A stretch of 64,000 bases of DNA from Naegleria gruberi (lineage: Eukaryota). Made by a program: the position numbers and the translations under genes. The stretch lies in assembly GCA_000004985.1 (NCBI GenBank), contig GG738856.1. One strand, given 5' to 3'. Positions 24,401 through 35,600 of this stretch are shown piece by piece; position 1 is the stretch's first letter; every line of letters begins with the position of its first letter. Under the pieces are notes generated by a model. The model searched no databases. It had not been told where the DNA came from and was given only the letters and a program-made list of their open reading frames with translations.

Positions 24401-25533
24401 GATCAGTTTCTGTTATAGTGACATCAGTTTTCTACATTCTGGCCATTTTCAATTATCTCATTCTCCATTTGAGATATATCCTATTCAGATACACATACGA
24501 AATTATGTTTTCTATTGCAGTCAAGAATGAACAGCAAAAGATTGGTAAATGGATCAAAATTGTAAATAGCAAAGTGGCAGTTTTTGTGGTCAACTTGATT
24601 GGAGCTGTTGTCATTGTGATTTACTTTGTAATTTTCACTGCTTTGGTTAATACTGGATATATTCAAAAAGAATACTCAAAGATAATGTCAGCATCTTTCT
24701 TTGTGGTGGTTTCTTTAATTTATTTAATACTTTTAATGCTTGCCATATTTGATTTCTATATGGAAAATAGACATGTCAGTAAGGAGGAGAAATCGACAAG
24801 TGACAAGAAGAAGATTAGCTTATTTTTGGATATCTACAAGTTTATATTTGTGAATGATGTGTTGGTATTCAGAAAGGAGTTGATTTTTTCATTCATTTCG
24901 TATTTATTCTTTGTTTTGAACTTTGCTTTGGGTTTCTCCTCATTGGATAATCCGACTGTGACTTCATTTGCTGAGGCATCCTATGCATTTGGTGTTGTAT
25001 ACGAGTTCTTTAACATTCTGGCGTTTGGAGGTTTCGTATTCCTTGTGAATTTTTGCTCAATTAATTGGAAACGTAGAAACTATTCTAATCAAGATGATGA
25101 GAATGAAAATAGAGAACTAGATATTGTACTTTCCAATCCACAACTTTTGAAAATATTTGAAGAATATTGCATGAGAGAATTTTCTTTGGAAAATATTTTG
25201 ATTTTCAAGAAACTTGAATCTTTACAAAAAAGTGAACTTTCACCAATTGACAACGAGTCACTTTTTGAAGAAATGAAAAAGGATTACTTTATTAATGGAG
25301 CAGAATTTGAAGTCAACCTTTCCTCCTCCATGAAAAAGCAATTTATTCAACTTTGTTCCGATCTGAAACATGTAGAAAGGACTCAAGTGGATGAAATATT
25401 GGAACGTTTGAGGGATGACATTTATATGAACTTGAGTGATACATTTTCTAGATTTATTTTCACCAACGAATATGCATCTATTAATGAGTGTATAGAATTG
25501 AAAGAAAAAACAGGCCAGTCCTTTACAAAATAA
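21458..25533 (+). CDS. Large multidomain receptor: signal peptide, NHL repeats, Cys-rich EGF-like module, S/T/N-rich stalk, GAIN/GPS motif, 7 TM helices, C-terminal RGS domain. At least 3 exons with introns at about 21707..21766 and about 22149..22249.
   Basis: NHL repeats (IYITDSNNYRIRKV, IYVTDKSNQRIRKI, IIFSEFGNNRIRKL). EGF-like Cys cluster CSSRGICGSPDNCICSGDYFGLECGSQC. GPS motif VVTCSCNHTTKFSSFVM immediately before 7 hydrophobic helices. RGS motif FEEYCMREFSLENILIFKKLE...DYFINGAEFEVNL. Confidence 0.7.
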
Positions 25534-25648
25534 ATCAATTTACAAATTATCACGTGAATTAAGTGCTGTCTGTGTCTTTGTAATTTTATGATAAAAATTC
25601 CAGATATCCAAACTCCAAATCATCAGTACTAAAGTACAATCTGCAATT

Positions 25649-25975
25649 TTACTTTCTTGACTTGGAAGAAAATTCATCATAAATTACATCAAGTTCAATT
25701 TCAGAAGAATCCTTAAAAACAATCTTTTGAACTCGACCTTGATGAATGAGCTTTTCAATGGGTTTCTCAATAATTTGTATTCCATTTTTAACATGCACTA
25801 AATGTTGTTGCTCTGGAGTGAGAGTACAAGGGCCATCAGTCAGCAATATTAAAGCCTTTGCCCAATTACTGATCATTACACATAAATCAAAGGTCTTTTC
25901 ACTATTCGAAATGGGGGCTGTTTTTTTTTCAACCCATTGAAATGCAAACCTTGAAATCCATTGAAATCCATTCAT
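25649..25975 (-). CDS. Hypothetical small protein (108 aa)
   Basis: ATG-initiated ORF with coding-like composition. No family recognised. Confidence 0.3.
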   Translation of the reverse strand: MNGFQWISRFAFQWVEKKTAPISNSEKTFDLCVMISNWAKALILLTDGPCTLTPEQQHLVHVKNGIQIIEKPIEKLIHQGRVQKIVFKDSSEIELDVIYDEFSSKSRK

Positions 25976-26013
25976 ATTCTTAGAATTACTCGTTATCTCT
26001 CCTCATCATCTCT

Positions 26014-26526
26014 ATGTTTTTTACATTTATTTTATTTTTAAAAAAAATGTCTCTATTCCTTAATGAAAAACCATCAAAGAAGACTTTCCTCAATCCCGAG
26101 GTGTTTGAAGTGTTGGTACATTATTCGGAGAGTTGTGATGAGATTATTGGGATGTTTGAAGAGATTTTGAATGATTTGGATCCGAATTGCTTTATGAGAA
26201 AATTGAATTGGTATAAGAGTGTGGTGGAGAAGGAGACCATGTTGAATGGAGTAATTGATTATAGGATGGGATTTGACTGTTGCTATGGAAATGTTTGTGT
26301 TTTTCATTATAAGAGAAGAGAAAGATATTGTAGAGTATTTGAGGAACCATTTGGGAGGGAAGAAATTATGGAATGGTTCAAGTCGATTGAGGAAGGATCA
26401 GCTCAAAAACTTGAGATTAGTGAGGAACCATATGTAAATAATGAGCAAATGATTGTATACAAGAATTTTAAAGAAAAGATTTCTATTCCTGATAAGGATG
26501 TTTTTGTCATTCTTACTCAAGGTTAG
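26014..26526 (+). CDS. Hypothetical protein; probably continues past a GTTAGT donor at 26524
   Basis: ATG ORF of 170 aa. No family recognised. Confidence 0.3.
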   Translation: MFFTFILFLKKMSLFLNEKPSKKTFLNPEVFEVLVHYSESCDEIIGMFEEILNDLDPNCFMRKLNWYKSVVEKETMLNGVIDYRMGFDCCYGNVCVFHYKRRERYCRVFEEPFGREEIMEWFKSIEEGSAQKLEISEEPYVNNEQMIVYKNFKEKISIPDKDVFVILTQG

Positions 26527-26939
26527 TACAAAATATTAATACTAATTATATCATCGAATTTAGAACATAGTTTTTCGAAAAAGAAAGTCACCAAGCTCTT
26601 AGAAATGCTTAAAGATGACAATAATTTGATATGCTATCAAATGTGGAGACTTATTNGAAAAGAGTGTTGGTGCTAACCCAGAAAAGTTGAAAGGTTTGGT
26701 TTTTTCTCTGAGAGAATACAAATTGGACTGATTTCTCCTCTTTACTCTACCACAGGATTTCATATTCTAACAAACGATGAATAAACAACTGATTTTTAAG
26801 CTTTTTGATGGGCATTTTACAATTAATCTTATAGGCAAATCATAAAATCACAGCATTTATCTCACTTTATTAAGCAAAAATTCCAAAATTTCAAAATTGT
26901 GAATTTTCTTCTAGTTGTAAAAAATTGAGTCGTCTTTGC

Positions 26940-27356
26940 TTATTTACGCTTGTAAACATCAACTCTCTTATTGTGTTTTCTATTCTTTCTATTCTTTCTG
27001 TGTTTTCTACCATGTTTTCTATTCTTTCTATGCTTCTTTCCATAAGTGTCGATTCTTCTCTTCTTATTGAATCTTCTCTTCTTTCCATAGACGTCAATCT
27101 TCTTTCTGATAATTCTCTTCTTACCATGTCTCTTCAAACCTCTTCTCTTTCTTCCGTAGGTATCCAAATATTTGTGAACTTTCTTATTGTTTCTTCTCTT
27201 CTTGTGGGAAACCTTCTTGAGTCTTCTTTGTTTGTTGTTCTTCTTGGCAATGTACAAGGACATGGTTTGTTCCTCTGCATTAACGTCAGAAGTCATGGAA
27301 AGAGCAAGAACTGCCAAAGTTAAGGCAATCAATAGAATTGAAATGAATCTTTTCAT
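26940..27356 (-). CDS. Secreted polybasic (K/R-rich) peptide precursor, copy 1. Signal peptide, then a short acidic pro-region, then (D-x-YGKKRR)-type repeats with many dibasic sites.
   Basis: MKRFISILLIALTLAVLALSMTSDVNA signal peptide. Then AEEQ... followed by KKRRNNKKVHKYLDTYGRKRRGLKRHGKKRIIRKKIDVYGKKRRFNKKRRIDTYGKKHRKNRKHGRKHRKNRK. TATAAATAC motif about 90 bp upstream (27441-27452, minus strand). Confidence 0.55.
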   Translation of the reverse strand: MKRFISILLIALTLAVLALSMTSDVNAEEQTMSLYIAKKNNKQRRLKKVSHKKRRNNKKVHKYLDTYGRKRRGLKRHGKKRIIRKKIDVYGKKRRFNKKRRIDTYGKKHRKNRKHGRKHRKNRKNRKHNKRVDVYKRK

Positions 27357-27781
27357 TTTGTTTTTTTTTGTTGAGTGAGTTTGAAACAATGTTTAGTTTG
27401 AATTTATTGGTTTCGAATAGTGAATAGTAATTTAGTTCTTGTATTTATAAGGAGAGAAATCAGACGAGTTTGTTTACTTGTTTGGATTCTGTTGGATATT
27501 TAGATAGGTATTTATATGGATTTTGTTCAGAGTTTCGAATAAAAACAGAACATTCGCATAGAACTTCTCAACTCTGGACAATCCACCTTGTAATTTTCAA
27601 GATTGTTTCCAATGACCATTAAGAAGAATCCTCTTAATAACAATTTAAGAAAATAATAAGGCTGTTACCCACAAGTATTCTTTTTGTGGTTTTACAAAAG
27701 TTGTAAAGTTCAAGTTCCAGATTGAGGCTAAAAATATTCCAAAAAAAAAAAGTTCCAACTGCCAAACCGCACATAACAATC

Positions 27782-28726
27782 ATGTCCTCATCATCACTTA
27801 GATTACACTGCTTTAGAAACGGAGACTGGGAAAGAAGAGATGGTTTCATTCTCCTCATTGAAAAATCATTAAATAATTCATTGATGGAAAATTTGAAGAA
27901 TAGAGCAAGTAGGATATTGTTTCCCTTCTTGTTTGAGAATGTAAATAACGAGTCTGAATGTTTATCTGTTGAATACTTGCCGAAAATTAGAATATTTTCA
28001 AAATATGGATCCGAAATTAAGAAAGAGGAAGAATTGAGAGATGATGATGTCTTGTTCCTTTCATGTTTTAATGAGGATTTTATAAATTCTATTGCCAAGA
28101 TGAATTATCAAATCAAACAGCTAAGTGGATTGGAAAGCAATTTGAAGAGACAAACTACTCCTTGTTGTGGGGAAACTCAAACTGGAATGATTACTTCTTG
28201 TTTGGGATTCTCTGTTACAATTAATAGTTTATCAACAAAGAAGGAAGTTACATTGGATAATTTGAATGGTAGTTTGACCATTGATGAGATTAAGAGGATG
28301 TTATTAAATAGTGGCACCAACAAGGAACGATTATTGGGAAAGAGTGATTATCCACTCAAATTCACTGAAGATTTCATTCTAGTTCACAAAGGGAAGGAAC
28401 TTAAAGATAATGATGAAGTTGAGAAGCTCTTCTCTCAAAATCCTAATCCAACCAAACTAACTGTGTTCATGGTGTTGAAGAAACCTGTGTATTATGTAAA
28501 GATTGTCATGGAAGGAGGAAGAATGGTAATTATTGACAATGATTCCATTAATTTCACATCTCATGTTTCTGATTTAAAATATTATATGGAAAAACGTTTG
28601 AGAATGAATCTCAATGCCAGCAATAAGGAATTGATATTAATGTGGAATCAAGAAAAGATGATGGGCTCTGAATGTTTAGGAAATGCCTTCCCTTCAAAGT
28701 CAACTCTAAGCTTGACATTTATTTAA
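27782..28726 (+). CDS. Hypothetical protein, possibly with two ubiquitin-like folds; lies in the part of duplication copy A that has no counterpart in copy B (copy B has an N-gap here)
   Basis: ATG ORF of 315 aa. No confident family assignment. Confidence 0.4.
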   Translation: MSSSSLRLHCFRNGDWERRDGFILLIEKSLNNSLMENLKNRASRILFPFLFENVNNESECLSVEYLPKIRIFSKYGSEIKKEEELRDDDVLFLSCFNEDFINSIAKMNYQIKQLSGLESNLKRQTTPCCGETQTGMITSCLGFSVTINSLSTKKEVTLDNLNGSLTIDEIKRMLLNSGTNKERLLGKSDYPLKFTEDFILVHKGKELKDNDEVEKLFSQNPNPTKLTVFMVLKKPVYYVKIVMEGGRMVIIDNDSINFTSHVSDLKYYMEKRLRMNLNASNKELILMWNQEKMMGSECLGNAFPSKSTLSLTFI

Positions 28727-29632
28727 ACAACATTCTCATATTTACTTTCTAATAATGTGTATCGTACACTCCCTACAAATGCTGTATCAGAAAATCTTCT
28801 ACCTTCCTGTAACTCCTTTCCAGCAAAAATAAATCGAAATTTATCCCATGATTCTCCCAATTTACTTTCCAATAATTGTTTCATTTCCTTAATAAAATAA
28901 TAATAGCCATATTGATATGTGTAAACAGCTGTAGAGTTATCGTGGTTCCAAACTTGTGTGAAAGGAGATGCTTAAAAATAAGTCAAGTCCATCAACAAGA
29001 TCAATTTTGAAATTTCCTTCTCCAGTTCTCTTTTCAATATTCTGGGCTTGATTTGATTAATGTGTATTCTTATAGAATTCAACTTGGTAATTTTACTCAA
29101 ATCTAAATCCTTAATTCTCTTGCACTTTACAACTGAAATACTCTCCAAACATTTCAAATTTTCACAAATTTTCTATTCACTCTGTTTCAAAAAGTACCAT
29201 CCATCGAGATTTAACTTTCTCACATTAGAAAATCAACTTGACAAATCGACCTGATAATTACCAAAGTACAAGCATAATTTAGAGAGAATGATCGTTCTCT
29301 GATTTGATGTGTGACACCAACCTTCTAATAATATTTTTTAAAATAATTGGTTGGATTCAACATCTTGCATTGTAATTTCTTCTGATTTCAATTTTCCACA
29401 TTTTCTGACCCATTCATTTACCTTTTCAATATTCAAAAATCCATAAATAATGGAACAGCAGGTATGAAAGTTCCCCAGTCTAAATGATGGTTAATGATTC
29501 AGCCTATTCAGGTGACATTCCGTTTCCGCAAGCATCCACACATGGGACCAGAAAAACAAGTAATCAAATTATCTCCAAGATAACAAAGTAAAAATTTACG
29601 ATAATTTTCACTCTTGTTGATTCGGCCTTGGT

Positions 29633-30130
29633 TTAATTGTCATTTCTCAATTCATTTGATGCGTATTCCAGTGCCTCACCCTCTTGTTTGACAGCTTCCA
29701 GAACAATTTCATGATCATTTCTCAATTCATTCGATGCATATTGAAGTGTTGAACCATCTTGTTTGACAGCTTCCAAAACAACTTCCCTATCATTCTTCAA
29801 TTCATCAGATGCAAAGGTAAGCAAACAGCCGAGATTTCTAACTACTTCCTTGATGACTTGTTTGTCATTCTTGAATTCATCGGCTACACTCTCGAAATTG
29901 TGAGGGAATTTTTTGAAGTAATCCACTACGAAGGATCTATCGTGCATGAATTCGATTGGAAGAAATCTATCGTCCACTCTATCACGATTATTCATCCATT
30001 TGATCAAATCTTTTTGATAATTGTGGAACTTGTTTTGTAGATTTGAATAACATGTTCCAATTCCGAAATCTATTAACTCAATTATGACAGAACAAGTTTT
30101 GCAGTCATCATTGTGTTGTTGTTGGGACAT
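29633..30130 (-). CDS. DUF4116-repeat protein, short copy (about 2 repeats). Paralog of 35601..36531.
   Basis: N-terminus MSQQQHNDDCKTCSVIIELIDFGIGTCYSNL... is identical in style to copy B, followed by ASDELKNDREVVLEAVKQDGSTLQYASNELRNDHEIVLEAVKQEGEALEYASNELRND repeats. Sequence diverges from copy B 3' of 29633, giving an early stop. Confidence 0.55.
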   Translation of the reverse strand: MSQQQHNDDCKTCSVIIELIDFGIGTCYSNLQNKFHNYQKDLIKWMNNRDRVDDRFLPIEFMHDRSFVVDYFKKFPHNFESVADEFKNDKQVIKEVVRNLGCLLTFASDELKNDREVVLEAVKQDGSTLQYASNELRNDHEIVLEAVKQEGEALEYASNELRNDN

Positions 30131-30455
30131 TTTTTCGGATCTTAATTCCAAGTTTCGGCAGGATTACAAAACGAATGAGACCAATGGCCCAGTTCAATAA
30201 CAGGTTTGACAATTACATCCACCTTTTCTTGAATCCACCAGACAAGGGAATAATAAGTTAAATATTTAAAGTTGGTGCAATTCGAGATGCATTTCTCTAC
30301 ATCAAAAAATCCAACAGATCTGAAACACTACTCTCCAGCAACCATTTGATAATTCTCCAATCACTCAGGACTCATCTAAAGGAAGTTAATACCGATCAGG
30401 TTCCTTTAAATTTTCAAAGTTCAAACTAAACAATTCGAAACTTCACATAAAAAAA

Positions 30456-31253
30456 ATGCCTCATCACAATCCAAATAAATACATTAAATTCAACTCTCTA
30501 GCAGCCTGCATTCAGGACGACTATTATCCCATTGACGAAAGGGATGCCTATGAAGGATATGAGGACATTGATAGATTTCAGGTTTTTAAAAGAATAATTC
30601 CTTTCGCCTTGATTCTCTATTCAGAGGAGGAAAAGAAATTTATATTCCAGACAAATTTGAAAGATGTGTGTCCACAGAATACATCTCCAAAGTATTTACT
30701 TGTTCAACTTCAAGATTATTGCGATTTTAAACTTGCATTGATCAAGTTAGGTCAATTGGGGTTTTTTATGGATCGATCAAAGTTTATTATTTTGAAATAT
30801 GTTTCTGAGAGAAGTGAAATACGTAAGAAATTTTATTCTTACCGCTCTTCTTTGCTATCTATTCAGGAATATTCCAATTCTGGCATTGAGTTATATATTT
30901 CTGATTGTGAGAAAATTTCAAAAGTGAAAATTGACTTGTGTCAAGAAGATATTCTGAAAACAGAGATCAAATATAGCTATTGGAAAGGATCATCCTTAAT
31001 TCCTTAGCCATTTCTCATTTGACCACTCTGTTTCATTTTCATCTCAAATTATTAGAAATGGCCAAAGAGAGAATATTTATTTAGATTTTGATATCTCTCT
31101 GTTTCATTACGAAAATGCTACTCAACATATTGAATTTATGTGTGAACACCATTTTGAAACCAAATATAGTTTACTAGTCAATCAGGAAAACAATGAAATA
31201 TTTATAATGAGCTTTCTTCATAATTTAGAATTTCACAAAATGGAATTTCACCA
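30456..31253 (+). pseudogene. Copy A of a lineage-specific gene (paralog of 36782..38263). It carries a 14-bp deletion near 31000 that frameshifts the ORF, and is then cut by the N-gap at 31254.
   Basis: Copy A ...ccttagccatttc... versus copy B ...ccttatagacattgggcgagccatttc.... The protein is 183 aa here versus 493 aa intact. A few other nonsynonymous differences. Confidence 0.5.
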
Positions 31254-31541
31254 NNNNNNNNNNNNNNNNNNNNNNNNNNNNNNNNNNNNNNNNNNNNNNN
31301 NNNTTTTCTCTGAGAGAATACAAATTGGACTGATTTCTCCTCTTTACTCTACCACAGGATTTCATATTCTAACGAACGATGAATAAACAACTGATTTTTA
31401 AGCTTTTTGATGGGCATTTTACAATTAATCTTATAGGCAAATCATAAAATCACAGCATTTATCTCACTTTATTAAGCAAAAATTCCAAAATTTCAAAATT
31501 GTGAATTTTCTTCTAGTTGTAAAAAATTGAGTCGTCTTTGC

Positions 31542-31958
31542 TTATTTACGCTTGTAAACATCAACTCTCTTATTGTGTTTTCTATTCTTTCTATTCTTTC
31601 TGTGTTTTCTACCATGTTTTCTATTCTTTCTATGCTTCTTTCCATAAGTGTCGATTCTTCTCTTCTTATTGAATCTTCTCTTCTTTCCATAGACGTCAAT
31701 CTTCTTTCTGATAATTCTCTTCTTACCATGTCTCTTCAAACCTCTTCTCTTTCTTCCGTAGGTATCCAAATATTTGTGAACTTTCTTATTGTTTCTTCTC
31801 TTCTTGTGGGAAACCTTCTTGAGTCTTCTTTGTTTGTTGTTCTTCTTGGCAATGTACAAGGACATGGTTTGTTCCTCTGCATTAACGTCAGAAGTCATGG
31901 AAAGAGCAAGAACTGCCAAAGTTAAGGCAATCAATAGAATTGAAATGAATCTTTTCAT
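31542..31958 (-). CDS. Secreted polybasic peptide precursor, copy 2 (identical to 26940..27356)
   Basis: 31493..31965 is base-for-base identical to 26891..27365 (identical track ORFs). The N-gap starts 7 bp upstream of the ATG. Confidence 0.55.
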   Translation of the reverse strand: MKRFISILLIALTLAVLALSMTSDVNAEEQTMSLYIAKKNNKQRRLKKVSHKKRRNNKKVHKYLDTYGRKRRGLKRHGKKRIIRKKIDVYGKKRRFNKKRRIDTYGKKHRKNRKHGRKHRKNRKNRKHNKRVDVYKRK

Positions 31959-31965
31959 TTTGTTT

Positions 31966-34900
31966 NNNNNNNNNNNNNNNNNNNNNNNNNNNNNNNNNNN
32001 NNNNNNNNNNNNNNNNNNNNNNNNNNNNNNNNNNNNNNNNNNNNNNNNNNNNNNNNNNNNNNNNNNNNNNNNNNNNNNNNNNNNNNNNNNNNNNNNNNNN
32101 NNNNNNNNNNNNNNNNNNNNNNNNNNNNNNNNNNNNNNNNNNNNNNNNNNNNNNNNNNNNNNNNNNNNNNNNNNNNNNNNNNNNNNNNNNNNNNNNNNNN
32201 NNNNNNNNNNNNNNNNNNNNNNNNNNNNNNNNNNNNNNNNNNNNNNNNNNNNNNNNNNNNNNNNNNNNNNNNNNNNNNNNNNNNNNNNNNNNNNNNNNNN
32301 NNNNNNNNNNNNNNNNNNNNNNNNNNNNNNNNNNNNNNNNNNNNNNNNNNNNNNNNNNNNNNNNNNNNNNNNNNNNNNNNNNNNNNNNNNNNNNNNNNNN
32401 NNNNNNNNNNNNNNNNNNNNNNNNNNNNNNNNNNNNNNNNNNNNNNNNNNNNNNNNNNNNNNNNNNNNNNNNNNNNNNNNNNNNNNNNNNNNNNNNNNNN
32501 NNNNNNNNNNNNNNNNNNNNNNNNNNNNNNNNNNNNNNNNNNNNNNNNNNNNNNNNNNNNNNNNNNNNNNNNNNNNNNNNNNNNNNNNNNNNNNNNNNNN
32601 NNNNNNNNNNNNNNNNNNNNNNNNNNNNNNNNNNNNNNNNNNNNNNNNNNNNNNNNNNNNNNNNNNNNNNNNNNNNNNNNNNNNNNNNNNNNNNNNNNNN
32701 NNNNNNNNNNNNNNNNNNNNNNNNNNNNNNNNNNNNNNNNNNNNNNNNNNNNNNNNNNNNNNNNNNNNNNNNNNNNNNNNNNNNNNNNNNNNNNNNNNNN
32801 NNNNNNNNNNNNNNNNNNNNNNNNNNNNNNNNNNNNNNNNNNNNNNNNNNNNNNNNNNNNNNNNNNNNNNNNNNNNNNNNNNNNNNNNNNNNNNNNNNNN
32901 NNNNNNNNNNNNNNNNNNNNNNNNNNNNNNNNNNNNNNNNNNNNNNNNNNNNNNNNNNNNNNNNNNNNNNNNNNNNNNNNNNNNNNNNNNNNNNNNNNNN
33001 NNNNNNNNNNNNNNNNNNNNNNNNNNNNNNNNNNNNNNNNNNNNNNNNNNNNNNNNNNNNNNNNNNNNNNNNNNNNNNNNNNNNNNNNNNNNNNNNNNNN
33101 NNNNNNNNNNNNNNNNNNNNNNNNNNNNNNNNNNNNNNNNNNNNNNNNNNNNNNNNNNNNNNNNNNNNNNNNNNNNNNNNNNNNNNNNNNNNNNNNNNNN
33201 NNNNNNNNNNNNNNNNNNNNNNNNNNNNNNNNNNNNNNNNNNNNNNNNNNNNNNNNNNNNNNNNNNNNNNNNNNNNNNNNNNNNNNNNNNNNNNNNNNNN
33301 NNNNNNNNNNNNNNNNNNNNNNNNNNNNNNNNNNNNNNNNNNNNNNNNNNNNNNNNNNNNNNNNNNNNNNNNNNNNNNNNNNNNNNNNNNNNNNNNNNNN
33401 NNNNNNNNNNNNNNNNNNNNNNNNNNNNNNNNNNNNNNNNNNNNNNNNNNNNNNNNNNNNNNNNNNNNNNNNNNNNNNNNNNNNNNNNNNNNNNNNNNNN
33501 NNNNNNNNNNNNNNNNNNNNNNNNNNNNNNNNNNNNNNNNNNNNNNNNNNNNNNNNNNNNNNNNNNNNNNNNNNNNNNNNNNNNNNNNNNNNNNNNNNNN
33601 NNNNNNNNNNNNNNNNNNNNNNNNNNNNNNNNNNNNNNNNNNNNNNNNNNNNNNNNNNNNNNNNNNNNNNNNNNNNNNNNNNNNNNNNNNNNNNNNNNNN
33701 NNNNNNNNNNNNNNNNNNNNNNNNNNNNNNNNNNNNNNNNNNNNNNNNNNNNNNNNNNNNNNNNNNNNNNNNNNNNNNNNNNNNNNNNNNNNNNNNNNNN
33801 NNNNNNNNNNNNNNNNNNNNNNNNNNNNNNNNNNNNNNNNNNNNNNNNNNNNNNNNNNNNNNNNNNNNNNNNNNNNNNNNNNNNNNNNNNNNNNNNNNNN
33901 NNNNNNNNNNNNNNNNNNNNNNNNNNNNNNNNNNNNNNNNNNNNNNNNNNNNNNNNNNNNNNNNNNNNNNNNNNNNNNNNNNNNNNNNNNNNNNNNNNNN
34001 NNNNNNNNNNNNNNNNNNNNNNNNNNNNNNNNNNNNNNNNNNNNNNNNNNNNNNNNNNNNNNNNNNNNNNNNNNNNNNNNNNNNNNNNNNNNNNNNNNNN
34101 NNNNNNNNNNNNNNNNNNNNNNNNNNNNNNNNNNNNNNNNNNNNNNNNNNNNNNNNNNNNNNNNNNNNNNNNNNNNNNNNNNNNNNNNNNNNNNNNNNNN
34201 NNNNNNNNNNNNNNNNNNNNNNNNNNNNNNNNNNNNNNNNNNNNNNNNNNNNNNNNNNNNNNNNNNNNNNNNNNNNNNNNNNNNNNNNNNNNNNNNNNNN
34301 NNNNNNNNNNNNNNNNNNNNNNNNNNNNNNNNNNNNNNNNNNNNNNNNNNNNNNNNNNNNNNNNNNNNNNNNNNNNNNNNNNNNNNNNNNNNNNNNNNNN
34401 NNNNNNNNNNNNNNNNNNNNNNNNNNNNNNNNNNNNNNNNNNNNNNNNNNNNNNNNNNNNNNNNNNNNNNNNNNNNNNNNNNNNNNNNNNNNNNNNNNNN
34501 NNNNNNNNNNNNNNNNNNNNNNNNNNNNNNNNNNNNNNNNNNNNNNNNNNNNNNNNNNNNNNNNNNNNNNNNNNNNNNNNNNNNNNNNNNNNNNNNNNNN
34601 NNNNNNNNNNNNNNNNNNNNNNNNNNNNNNNNNNNNNNNNNNNNNNNNNNNNNNNNNNNNNNNNNNNNNNNNNNNNNNNNNNNNNNNNNNNNNNNNNNNN
34701 NNNNNNNNNNNNNNNNNNNNNNNNNNNNNNNNNNNNNNNNNNNNNNNNNNNNNNNNNNNNNNNNNNNNNNNNNNNNNNNNNNNNNNNNNNNNNNNNNNNN
34801 NNNNNNNNNNNNNNNNNNNNNNNNNNNNNNNNNNNNNNNNNNNNNNNNNNNNNNNNNNNNNNNNNNNNNNNNNNNNNNNNNNNNNNNNNNNNNNNNNNNN

Positions 34901-35600
34901 NNNNNNNNNNNNNNNNNNNNNNNNNNNNNNNNNNNNNNNNNNNNNNNNNNNNNNNNNNNNNNNNNNNNNNNNNNNNNNNNNNNNNNNNNNNNNNNNNNNN
35001 NNNNNNNNNNNNNNNNNNNNNNNNNNNNNNNNNNNNNNNNNNNNNNNNNNNNNNNNNNNNNNNNNNNNNNNNNNNNNNNNNNNNNNNNNNNNNNNNNNNN
35101 NNNNNNNNNNNNNNNNNNNNNNNNNNNNNNNNNNNNNNNNNNNNNNNNNNNNNNNNNNNNNNNNNNNNNNNNNNNNNNNNNNNNNNNNNNNNNNNNNNNN
35201 NNNNNNNNNNNNNNNNNNNNNNNNNNNNNNNNNNNNNNNNNNNNNNNNNNNNNNNNNNNNNNNNNNNNNNNNNNNNNNNNNNNNNNNNNNNNNNNNNNNN
35301 NNNNNNNNNNNNNNNNNNNNNNNNNNNNNNNNNNNNNNNNNNNNNNNNNNNNNNNNNNNNNNNNNNNNNNNNNNNNNNNNNNNNNNNNNNNNNNNNNNNN
35401 NNNNNNNNNNNNNNNNNNNNNNNNNNNNNNNNNNNNNNNNNNNNNNNNNNNNNNNNNNNNNNNNNNNNNNNNNNNNNNNNNNNNNNNNNNNNNNNNNNNN
35501 NNNNNNNNNNNNNNNNNNNNNNNNNNNNNNNNNNNNNNNNNNNNNNNNNNNNNNNNNNNNNNNNNNNNNNNNNNNNNNNNNNNNNNNNNNNNNNNNNNNN
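31966..35600. other. Assembly gap (run of N). Shorter gaps at 31254..31303 and 63783..63832, and single n at 26656 and 63890.
   Basis: Literal n characters. Confidence 1.

Larger units (their letters stand above)
26660..31253. repeat. Segmental duplication copy A (polybasic-peptide gene, unique Ubl-like gene, short DUF4116 gene, disrupted gene X), bounded by an 'n' at 26656 and an N-gap at 31254
   Basis: 26701..27365 equals 31304..31965 (100% identical). 29633..31253 equals about 36040..37597 (about 98-99% identical). Confidence 0.8.
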
